From: an uncultured Eubacteriales bacterium
Lineage (GTDB): Bacteria > Bacillota > Clostridia > Peptostreptococcales > Anaerovoracaceae
NCBI GenBank assembly: GCA_902775345.1
Contig: CACYLW010000006.1
Coordinates: 39,613-103,612 of the forward strand
Direction: 5' to 3'
Length of the DNA stretch: 64,000 nucleotides
Under the pieces are notes generated by a model. The model did not search any database and was not told the origin of the DNA. It worked only from the letters and a program-made list of their open reading frames with translations. The translations under genes were made by a program, and so were the position numbers. Shown here piece by piece: positions 1 through 8,497 of the stretch (the stretch's first letter is position 1; each line of letters starts with the position of its first letter).

Positions 1-2961
1 CTTATAGTCCGATGAAGCTGAATATTCCGTGATCTCCCCTGTTTTTATTACTACACTGTTTTTACCATTAACAGAGTATGTGATCTTTATATTTTCAGGA
101 GCTATTTCCGGACAGAGGTCATCGAGGGTGATGGTCACAGGGAAATCCTGCTCCACATATCTGTAATTCGCGCAGTCGAAGATCGCTGTCGGCACCTGTA
201 CGATATCATCATGTACTTTGGTGTCTTCTGCCAGTTCATAGAAGTTGAAGAGGTAGATATCGAGATCGTTGCTGGTCTTGAATGTCCAGCCTGAGAAAAC
301 ACTCGAGTAGTATTCGATGCAGACAGGAGACCCTTTATAATTTGCTGTTTTATTGAAGATAACGTAACCGCCGTCTTTGCTTTCCAGATACCACTTGGCA
401 TTGTTCGGCGCAGATCCGTCTCCCAGAGGTTCTTCAAAGAAAAGTTCCTCGTCGTTGTTTGTAGCCAGATACTTTCCGTTATTCTTGAAAGTATAGTATC
501 TGCCCATGCTGTCTACCGTGAATACATACGCTCCGTTTCCAGGCACTGCTTTGGCAGGACTGGAATCAGTCAGATCGGAAGGTATTGCATCCATAGCATA
601 GTTGGCCGCTTTATACAATCCCAGAGCCAGCAGCGTTGAGTCTTTGGCTGTCTGATCGTTATAGATCACATATTGCTTACCTTTGGTGAGCACCCCGTCC
701 CATTCGCCGTCATCAAAGTCAGCAACTGCATTTGCAGGATCGACCTTGTAGAACTGAAGCGCAAAATCAGATCCTGCAACGTTCGAGGTGAAGTTTCCTG
801 CAAAGTTTTCTGCACTGTTAGCTTTTATATATGCCGGTCCGGAATTATTACCATTAACGCCTGTCAAGGTTGCGCTTGAAATATTGAAAGCATTCTCTGC
901 TGATTCCGCCGGTGCAACATTCCATGTGTTTGCGCCGTCAGGATAATCAGTATTGACTGTCAGTTCGGCCCACTTTCCGCTCGGCCATACTGTAATGCTG
1001 TCAGCTTCATTATCATATGAATAGAAGCTGTAAGTTCCGTCAGTATTTACCTTTACCTTCCATATATAGTCCGAAGTGAACGGCTCCAGCTTGCCTTCGG
1101 ATGTGATCGTTGCTGATTTTGCCTTAAGGTACCAGTCACCGTTGGCAACACTGCTGACAGCAGTTTTGCGGCTCGGGCTGTAAATGGCAACATACTGTCC
1201 ATCGGTAAGTTCTTCCAGGCTTGTGATCAGATCTCCTGTTTCGCCCGGATCGCTTCCCTGAGGAGTCTCAGGCTCTGCCCCTTTCTTGTAGAAAGTTATG
1301 CCAAATGCGTCCTTGCCCGGTTCCTTTTGTGCATATACCGTGAATCCACCATAGTACTCAAGATGGAACGCACCATAGGTTGAACTCCACCCGGCAAGCT
1401 TCAGAAAATAGTTGAAATCCTTCTCATCCGGACCTGTCAGGATAAAGTTGGTATAGTCTGCATCGGACAGAACGAGCCTGTTATATGTTTTATCGCCTTC
1501 CGTCACCACCTTTCCGCCAAGTGTATAGTCTCCCTGGGTAAAGGTGTATGTTCCGTCTCCATTGTCGTTTACTTTCCATACAACGCCTGCATCGCTGGTG
1601 GTAATTACTCCATCCTCAGGTGTCAGTGTAACACCCTTGACTTTATTGGATACGATTTCGTTACCAACGCCCTTGCCGTTGCCTGCATTATAGAGTATGA
1701 CCTCATCACCGTCAGCAATGGTGCTTGCAAGTCCGAACGTATCTTCATCTCCCGGATCAGGAGGTGTAACACTTGAAGTGACCACGATCTCAGAAGCTGC
1801 TGTATTTCTGAGCTGCAGGTCGGTTTTAAAGACTCCTACAGAGCCTGTAAAGGTGATCACATCTCCCGCATTAAGAACTGTATCTCCGAGCACAGCATTA
1901 TATATCTTGATACTGCCGTTGTTTTCATCTTTTACATCTATATTTCTTCCGTCTACATTTGTTACGGTAAGCTCTTTGATCGTTACATACTTGCATATAT
2001 CTGATGTCGTCAGAGCTCCGATGGTAGTTTCCGCAGGCTCAAGAGCAATCGCTTCAGCCGGATCAGTTACTTTGGAGAAATCCGAATTGTTCAGCTGAGG
2101 CAGTCCGTTGTAACTGCCGCGGACACCTGTTCCTATGATCGTATCGCCGACCGCCACTCCCGAAGGAACTGCTGCACAGCGAACACATATGCCGCCCGTG
2201 GCATCCTGCACATATAAATTGTTTCCATCGACCAGTGTAACTGCACCCTTGACCATGAACTCCCCGGAGCTGGCTTCAAGGACCGTGCCGATATCAGTAA
2301 CAGTCGTTTCCTGTCCGGTTTCGTCCCTGTCATACTTCCAGAACTTCAGGGTCTGATCCTTGATATTGTTAGGAAAACTGCCGTCTGTTCCCAGTTTATA
2401 ACATCTCCAGTTAGTTCCCTGATAAACTCCGAGAAACCTGACTGCATCCGAAGCTTCTGCGTTCAGATAATCAAGCGTTTCTCCTCCTGATGAAGCTACT
2501 CCGGTCAGCGTCCAGTCCCCGCCGGTATCAGGCTTGTCAGCGACTCTGACGCCATTGTTGTTTGCTGTCAGATATAAATACTTTCCTTCAGAGTTCTGGA
2601 AGGTATAGGTCACAGCACCTTCATTTTCGGTTTTTGTGACAGTCCACCCGAACTCGTTTTTCTCTCCTCCGATCACAAGTTCCCCTTCACTGTTAAGCGA
2701 AGCTTTCTTTGCAGCCGGTCCGGCATTTGTAGATGTTGTTGCATTCAATGCATAGATGCCGGCATAGGTTTGGCTTACATCCTCCATAGTAATCGCTACC
2801 GGCTGCTCTGCTTCTGCGGCGGCATCGATGTCATCGAGCGCCGTCCACACAGAGTCCGTGGCGTCAGCCCAGACTGTACCGCCCAAAGGGAATGCCGTGG
2901 AGAAAATCATTCCCAGTGATAACAGGAACACCAGGAATTTACCTGCTAATCTTCTCTTCAT
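1..2961 (-). CDS. Large secreted multidomain protein, partial (C-terminus lies beyond the window edge)
   Basis: Missing from the ORF track because it runs off the window. Reverse-strand ATG at 2959-2961 gives MKRRLAGKFLVFLLSLGMIFSTAFPLGG (signal peptide), and the frame stays open to nt 1. Internal NNLYVQDATGGICV...GVRGSYNGLPQL and NIDVKDENNGSIKIY...VGVFKTDLQL resemble OB-fold inserts of extracellular nucleases or binding proteins. Confidence 0.75.
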   Translation of the reverse strand, partial: MKRRLAGKFLVFLLSLGMIFSTAFPLGGTVWADATDSVWTALDDIDAAAEAEQPVAITMEDVSQTYAGIYALNATTSTNAGPAAKKASLNSEGELVIGGEKNEFGWTVTKTENEGAVTYTFQNSEGKYLYLTANNNGVRVADKPDTGGDWTLTGVASSGGETLDYLNAEASDAVRFLGVYQGTNWRCYKLGTDGSFPNNIKDQTLKFWKYDRDETGQETTVTDIGTVLEASSGEFMVKGAVTLVDGNNLYVQDATGGICVRCAAVPSGVAVGDTIIGTGVRGSYNGLPQLNNSDFSKVTDPAEAIALEPAETTIGALTTSDICKYVTIKELTVTNVDGRNIDVKDENNGSIKIYNAVLGDTVLNAGDVITFTGSVGVFKTDLQLRNTAASEIVVTSSVTPPDPGDEDTFGLASTIADGDEVILYNAGNGKGVGNEIVSNKVKGVTLTPEDGVITTSDAGVVWKVNDNGDGTYTFTQGDYTLGGKVVTEGDKTYNRLVLSDADYTNFILTGPDEKDFNYFLKLAGWSSTYGAFHLEYYGGFTVYAQKEPGKDAFGITFYKKGAEPETPQGSDPGETGDLITSLEELTDGQYVAIYSPSRKTAVSSVANGDWYLKAKSATITSEGKLEPFTSDYIWKVKVNTDGTYSFYSYDNEADSITVWPSGKWAELTVNTDYPDGANTWNVAPAESAENAFNISSATLTGVNGNNSGPAYIKANSAENFAGNFTSNVAGSDFALQFYKVDPANAVADFDDGEWDGVLTKGKQYVIYNDQTAKDSTLLALGLYKAANYAMDAIPSDLTDSSPAKAVPGNGAYVFTVDSMGRYYTFKNNGKYLATNNDEELFFEEPLGDGSAPNNAKWYLESKDGGYVIFNKTANYKGSPVCIEYYSSVFSGWTFKTSNDLDIYLFNFYELAEDTKVHDDIVQVPTAIFDCANYRYVEQDFPVTITLDDLCPEIAPENIKITYSVNGKNSVVIKTGEITEYSASSDYK

Positions 2962-3072
2962 AAACCCCTTCCTTTCACTCTTAAGCAAATGGTTTTCGTG
3001 AAACCAACATTAATAAATATTAATATTATTTTATCAAAAATTGTCACCACACAGAACATTATCGGGTAAATA

Positions 3073-4356
3073 ATGCACGATGATACAGACGTATTCTTGA
3101 CATGTTTTTTCAATATTGCTACCATTTTTTTAGTAGTGGTTTACAGCATTGTCATGCGGACGGAGACAGGATATAAGGTGAAGAAAATACCGGCAGAAAA
3201 GATCCGTATTAATAAATCAACGCTGGTGGTACTGGCTGTTTCTACAGCAGTTTTCGTCGCCTTGTTTTTCTGGGCACGGTCCGGAAGCGTAAGCCATGCA
3301 CAGGGTGATGAGTACGTTGAGTACGAAAAGGCTGTCGTTAAATCGGTCATGAGTGATAACGTTGAAACAGACCCTTCATCGGATAATGCTTCAAGGGGTG
3401 AACAGAGTCTTATATGCGAAGTCCAGACAGGACAGTACAAAGGAGAAGAACTTCTCACCGCAAATTATGTCGGCCCTCTTTACGGTGTGCCTGTCAGTGA
3501 AGGCGACCATGTCATCCTGACCATCTCCACCCACTCGACCGGAGAGCATAATGCCACAGTATATGAATTCAACCGCATACCTGCTGTCATATGCATTATC
3601 GTGGTTTTCTTCATAGTTGTAGTTCTGGTCGGAGGCATGACGGGATTCAAATCCATAGTCGGACTGGTATTCACTATAATATGCCTCTTCATGATACTTA
3701 TACCCATGCTCATCAAGGGTGCCCCTACACTTCCTGCGACATTCCTGATGTGTGTTTATATTTCCCTGGTCAGCTTCACGGTTCTCGGAGGCGTGCACCG
3801 TAAATCGATCAGCGCTTTTACAGGCACTGTCTGCGGCACAGCCTTTGCCATGTTATTCTCGCTTGCCTCACAGGCTCTTACAAGGATAGACGGTCTGAGG
3901 CTGACAGATGTTGAGCCGCTTCTTCAGATGAGACAGACCGGTCTTCCCATCGGACTCCGGGGCCTTCTCACAGCCGGCATTATTATCAGTTCCCTGGGTG
4001 CTGTGATGGACGTTGCCATGAGCATCTCCTCCTCCCTTGAGGAAGTCCATCAGGCCAACCCTGCACTGGGTGCCAAGGATCTCTTCCTTTCGGGACTTAA
4101 CATCGGCCGGGATATAGTCGGCACAATGACCAACACCCTGATACTTGCATTTCTGGGCAGCGGTTTCACACTCATCATTTATTTGCATTCGCTGGGACTC
4201 AGCTTTTACCAGCTGTATTCGTCTGCATATGCCAGCATAGAAATAATAAGCGGTATCTCATGCAGCATAGGCATGATACTCACCATACCTCTGACCGCTG
4301 CGATCGCTTCCGCTCTGATTAAAAAAACCGCGGCATCCGCCTCAGGTAATAAATAA
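3073..4356 (+). CDS. YibE/F family integral membrane protein
   Basis: Multi-pass hydrophobic ORF with SSLGAVMDVAMSISSSLEEVH and GRDIVGTMTNTLILAF, which are typical of YibE/F. The true start may be internal (ATG 3154). Confidence 0.85.
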   Translation: MHDDTDVFLTCFFNIATIFLVVVYSIVMRTETGYKVKKIPAEKIRINKSTLVVLAVSTAVFVALFFWARSGSVSHAQGDEYVEYEKAVVKSVMSDNVETDPSSDNASRGEQSLICEVQTGQYKGEELLTANYVGPLYGVPVSEGDHVILTISTHSTGEHNATVYEFNRIPAVICIIVVFFIVVVLVGGMTGFKSIVGLVFTIICLFMILIPMLIKGAPTLPATFLMCVYISLVSFTVLGGVHRKSISAFTGTVCGTAFAMLFSLASQALTRIDGLRLTDVEPLLQMRQTGLPIGLRGLLTAGIIISSLGAVMDVAMSISSSLEEVHQANPALGAKDLFLSGLNIGRDIVGTMTNTLILAFLGSGFTLIIYLHSLGLSFYQLYSSAYASIEIISGISCSIGMILTIPLTAAIASALIKKTAASASGNK

Positions 4357-4410
4357 AAAAGATACTTATTGGACATCGTTGTGTGACCATTGATCGAAAG
4401 GAGAATCGTT

Positions 4411-5118
4411 ATGTCAATTCCTACTCCTCATATTAATGCCAAAGCAGGTGACTTCGCTGAAACGGTCCTGATGCCGGGCGATCCGCTGCGCAGCAAATTC
4501 ATTGCCGAGACTTTCTTTGAGAATCCGGTGCTCGTGAACAACGTCCGCGGAGTGCAGGGCTACACCGGCACATACAAAGGCAAGAGAGTATCCGTCATGG
4601 CTTCCGGAATGGGCCAGCCTGCGATCGGTATCTACTCGTACGAGCTCTTCGCATTCTATGATGTAAAGAACATCATCAGGATCGGCTCATGCGGATCGAT
4701 CGACCCTGAGCTCCACGTCCGCGACATCGTCATCGCTCAGGGCGCATGCACGAACGGCGCGTATGCAAACCAGTATGAACTCCCTGGCACATTCTGCCCG
4801 ATCGCTTCGTTTGAACTTCTTGAAAAAGCCGTTGCGGCAACAAGAAAGTCCGGCGCAAACTTCAAGGTCGGAAACATCCTTTCGTCAGACATGTTCTACG
4901 ATGACGCGGCATCCGCAATGAGATGGTCGAAGATGGGTGTCCTCGGAGTCGAGATGGAATCCGCTGCACTCTACTGCAACGCCGCAAGACTCGGCAAGAA
5001 CGGACTCTGCATCTGTACCGTTTCGGATTCCTTCAACTATCCTGAAGAGAATACTACAGCAGAAGAGCGCCAGAACTCCTTCACAAAGATGATGGAGATC
5101 GCTCTCGAGATCGCATAA
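4411..5118 (+). CDS. deoD: Purine nucleoside phosphorylase, DeoD type
   Basis: MSIPTPHINAKAGDFAETVLMPGDPLRSKFIAE...GVEMESAALY is the DeoD signature. ATG 4411 is preceded by GGAGA, whereas the track start at 4390 is a TTG upstream. Confidence 0.95.
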   Translation: MSIPTPHINAKAGDFAETVLMPGDPLRSKFIAETFFENPVLVNNVRGVQGYTGTYKGKRVSVMASGMGQPAIGIYSYELFAFYDVKNIIRIGSCGSIDPELHVRDIVIAQGACTNGAYANQYELPGTFCPIASFELLEKAVAATRKSGANFKVGNILSSDMFYDDAASAMRWSKMGVLGVEMESAALYCNAARLGKNGLCICTVSDSFNYPEENTTAEERQNSFTKMMEIALEIA

Positions 5119-5136
5119 GTAAACGCAATAAAAAAA

Positions 5137-5174
5137 TGCCGCTTCCGGCTGTTCGCCCGGAGCGGCATTTTTTT
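5137..5174. terminator. Bidirectional rho-independent terminator between convergent genes
   Basis: Stem TGCCGCTTCCGG / CCGGAGCGGCA with an 8-nt loop, flanked by an A-run on the left and a T-run on the right. Confidence 0.75.
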
Positions 5175-5182
5175 GCTTATTT

Positions 5183-6460
5183 CTAATCTTCCAGCATGAG
5201 GCGGATTATCTCTTCGTCAGTCTGCTTCATGCCGAATCTTGCCAGACGGCCGACTGTGTCTATGGTGCTTTCTACACCGTTCTTGACGAGACCGTCGCCG
5301 CCGAAGAATGCATTTCCTTTGTTGTACATCGACAGCCCCATGAGGCCTGCTTCAACTGCCACAGAGATCTTCGCGGCGCAGCTTGCTTTAGCCCCGTCGC
5401 AGATGATCCCGGAGTTGATCGCGATCGCGTTTACAACGGTATGCGCGACTGCCTCGACTCCGCCACCCTGCATGTACGCTATGCCTGCTCCGGCTCCGCA
5501 GCCCGCGCTGACAGCTCCGCAGTACGCGGAAAGCCTGCCGATGCCGGTCTTGAGGTGCGTGGTGACGAGATTGGATACGCAGAGTGCGCGCAGGAGCTCT
5601 TCATTCGACTTATTGTGAGCCCTTCCGTAAACAATGACCGGAATGCTGGTAGTGATGCCCTGGTTGCCGCTTCCCGAGTTGATGACTACCGGGAGCTCGC
5701 AGCCGTTCATGCGCGCGTCACTTGCGGCAGCGGCGTATGACCTCATCACGTACTTGAGATCATATTCGTGGCCCAGCAGCATCGTGCTTCCGATGTTGGC
5801 ACCGTAGTCGCCGGCCAGGCCCTCCTCAGCGATCGCCATATTGTAGCGTATCTGTCTTTCAAGAGTCTCGCTGACCTCTTCCACGTCGACTATGTCGGCA
5901 AATTCGACTATTCCCTCGATCGTCAGGCAGTCCCTGTCGGTCAGCCCTGATTCCTTAGGTTCCTCTACGTCTTTTTCGAAAAGGACCTCGTCATTGCGCC
6001 GGACCAGCACGATGTTGGTGTGATAGTCAACGATGCGTACGCAGGCGGAATCGTCTGCGGCATATGCGGTCACGGCTATGTCGAAGATGTGACCGTTATT
6101 GACATGCTTTACCTCGATCGGCGCTTCTTTCAGAAAGACACCGATCTCTTCGATCTGCTCAGGTGTTACGTTCGAGATGACTTCGAGCTCTGCGCCGGCG
6201 TCGCCGGCGGCGGCGCCGGCTGCCGCGGCTGCCGGGATCCCCCGGAGGCCGCCGGTGTGAGGCACCACGACGCTCTTTACATTTTTGATTATGTTGCCGC
6301 TGACTTCGACCAGAAGGCGCTCAGGCCTGATTCCGAGCACTTCGGCGGCCTTAGCCGCGGCATAGGCGATGGCAATAGGTTCAGTGCAGCCCATCGCCGG
6401 CAGAAGCTCTTCTTTAAGGATCTGAATATAATCTGAATATCTGCTGTCAGTTCTTTCCAT
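5183..6460 (-). CDS. UPF0597 / L-cysteine desulfidase (serine dehydratase alpha-like) family protein
   Basis: LPAMGCTEPIAIAYAAAKA near the N-terminus plus Gly/Ala-rich conserved blocks (NSGSGNQG, CDGAKASCA). Confidence 0.85.
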   Translation of the reverse strand: MERTDSRYSDYIQILKEELLPAMGCTEPIAIAYAAAKAAEVLGIRPERLLVEVSGNIIKNVKSVVVPHTGGLRGIPAAAAAGAAAGDAGAELEVISNVTPEQIEEIGVFLKEAPIEVKHVNNGHIFDIAVTAYAADDSACVRIVDYHTNIVLVRRNDEVLFEKDVEEPKESGLTDRDCLTIEGIVEFADIVDVEEVSETLERQIRYNMAIAEEGLAGDYGANIGSTMLLGHEYDLKYVMRSYAAAASDARMNGCELPVVINSGSGNQGITTSIPVIVYGRAHNKSNEELLRALCVSNLVTTHLKTGIGRLSAYCGAVSAGCGAGAGIAYMQGGGVEAVAHTVVNAIAINSGIICDGAKASCAAKISVAVEAGLMGLSMYNKGNAFFGGDGLVKNGVESTIDTVGRLARFGMKQTDEEIIRLMLED

Positions 6461-6540
6461 AGCGCCCCCCTTTTTCGCTACTTTTGAGATGTGCTTTTAT
6501 CCTGTCTTTATGGAAGTTTCTTCAGATCTTGAAAACAAAA

Positions 6541-7887
6541 CTACTTTTTCCTGTGCTCTTCTCTCCACTTTTTTATAGCTTCATACCGCTCTTTGAAACG
6601 CGGCTCGAATCCCTGATTGCCCGGATGATAGTATTCCGTGCCGCGCAGGTTTTCGGGCAGACATTCCATGTCGGCTATCTTGTCCTCGGTATCGTGGGCA
6701 TAGACATAGCCTTTGCCGTAGTCCAGCTCCTTCATGAGTTTTGTCGGGGCATTGCGTATGTGGAGCGGAACGGGCTCTGCAAAGTGCTCATTTGCGTCGC
6801 GCGCCGCCTGCATGTATGCGACCTCCATCGCATTTGACTTCGGGGCAAGCGCGTTGTAGATGACGGCCTCGGTGAGGTGCACGCTGCACTCCGGCATTCC
6901 GATCAGATGGCAGGCCTGGAATGCCGCCACCGAGAGCTCAAGAGCTCTCGGGTCAGCGAGGCCGACATCCTCGGCCGCGAACCTAGTTACGCGGCGCGCT
7001 ATATACATCGGATCTTCGCCCGACTCCAGCATGCGCGCCAGCCAATAAACAGCCGCGTCCGCATCGGAGTTCCTCATCGACTTGTGAAGCGCCGAGATCA
7101 GATTGTAATGCTCCTCACCCTGCTTATCGTACAGCAGCGACTTCCTGGAAGTGCACTGCTCAAAATCCTCTGTCGTGACAGTGATCACCTCGTGCCCATC
7201 GTCCGGATCGCTCGAATGATCGGCGTTCAGCACCATCATCTCGAGCGTGGAAAGCGCTGTCCTGGCGTCGCCGTTGGCAAACGAGGCCAGCGCACTGATG
7301 ACATCATCACTGATGCGCAGGTCTTGCCCGCCGAATCCTCTCGGATCAGTTATCGCGTTCCTCACGAGCTGCTCAATGTCTTCAGGAGCCAGCTGGTGCA
7401 GCACGAACACCTTGCACCTTGAGAGCAAAGCGCCGTTCACCTCGAACGATGGATTCTCAGTCGTAGCGCCTATCAGGATTATGCTGCCCTTCTCTACGAA
7501 CGGCAGAAACGCATCCTGCTGCGCCTTGTTGAATCTGTGGATCTCATCCACGAAAACGATGGTGCGCGCCCCTATGGCAGTCATTTTGTCTGCCTGCTGC
7601 ATCACCGTCTTTATGTCCTTAATGCCGCTCGTCACCGCGCTGAAGGTGATGAACTGCGCGTCAGTCTTCGCAGCGATTATCTGCGCCAGCGTTGTCTTGC
7701 CCACGCCCGGCGGCCCCCAGAATATCATGGAGGATACGCTGTCGCGCTCAATAAGATTGCGAAGCACCTTGCCCTCTCCCACGAGATGCTTCTGCCCTAC
7801 GAACTCGTCAAAATTCCTCGGACGCATCCTCGCGGCGAGCGGCTGGTTGTCATTATTCCCTGTATCAAAAATACTTAACTGTCCCAT
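6541..7887 (-). CDS. rarA: Replication-associated recombination protein A (AAA+ ATPase, MgsA/WRNIP family)
   Basis: MRPRNFDEFVGQKHLVGEGKVLR, Walker A GPPGVGKTT, Walker B VFVDEIHRFNKAQQDAFLP and a C-terminal MgsA helical domain. Confidence 0.95.
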   Translation of the reverse strand: MGQLSIFDTGNNDNQPLAARMRPRNFDEFVGQKHLVGEGKVLRNLIERDSVSSMIFWGPPGVGKTTLAQIIAAKTDAQFITFSAVTSGIKDIKTVMQQADKMTAIGARTIVFVDEIHRFNKAQQDAFLPFVEKGSIILIGATTENPSFEVNGALLSRCKVFVLHQLAPEDIEQLVRNAITDPRGFGGQDLRISDDVISALASFANGDARTALSTLEMMVLNADHSSDPDDGHEVITVTTEDFEQCTSRKSLLYDKQGEEHYNLISALHKSMRNSDADAAVYWLARMLESGEDPMYIARRVTRFAAEDVGLADPRALELSVAAFQACHLIGMPECSVHLTEAVIYNALAPKSNAMEVAYMQAARDANEHFAEPVPLHIRNAPTKLMKELDYGKGYVYAHDTEDKIADMECLPENLRGTEYYHPGNQGFEPRFKERYEAIKKWREEHRKK

Positions 7888-7920
7888 AAATCATCTGCGC
7901 GTCATTGCAGCGCGTCATTT

Positions 7921-8454
7921 CTATATCTTCTTCTCAAGCAGCACAAGATCGACGTCGCGGATGCCGTTAAAAACAGTCGGCACTATGTCTGTCTCGATGT
8001 ACCCGAGTTTTCCATACATCCTGCGGGCTCTTTTGTTCCTCGCATTGGTGTCTATCCTGAGCACCTCGCAGTCCAGCTCTTTCGCAAGATCCTCATAGAA
8101 CTCCACGAAAGCCGGACCTATGCCTCTGCCCCTGAAGTCCGGGTCGACCACGAGCGTATGCAGCACGCACACCTTGTCGTCAGGAGCCTTGTACTCCCAG
8201 TCGCAGTCGAGGTACACATTGACCTGCGTCTGATTGATAGTACCCGCCGCTGCCACTTTGCCTTCGCACTCCGCCACATACATGTCATCGCGTTCGATCG
8301 AGGCCTCGGCGACCTCCCTTACAGGGTAGACCCCCCTGACCCATCCGGTGGTCGTCAGTCCGGCCTCCTCCGCGTCGTGAGCGCGGTCGTAAATCTTCGC
8401 AATCACATCGACATCGTCTTTATCTGCTTTTCTGAATCTCAGTTCCTTATCCAT
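7921..8454 (-). CDS. GNAT family N-acetyltransferase
   Basis: LVVDPDFRGRGIGPAFVEF...RARRMYGKLGY is an acetyl-CoA binding motif. Confidence 0.85.
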   Translation of the reverse strand: MDKELRFRKADKDDVDVIAKIYDRAHDAEEAGLTTTGWVRGVYPVREVAEASIERDDMYVAECEGKVAAAGTINQTQVNVYLDCDWEYKAPDDKVCVLHTLVVDPDFRGRGIGPAFVEFYEDLAKELDCEVLRIDTNARNKRARRMYGKLGYIETDIVPTVFNGIRDVDLVLLEKKI

Positions 8455-8497
8455 TTTCTCCGATATATCTTTAAATCTCTATATTCCTTATATATCC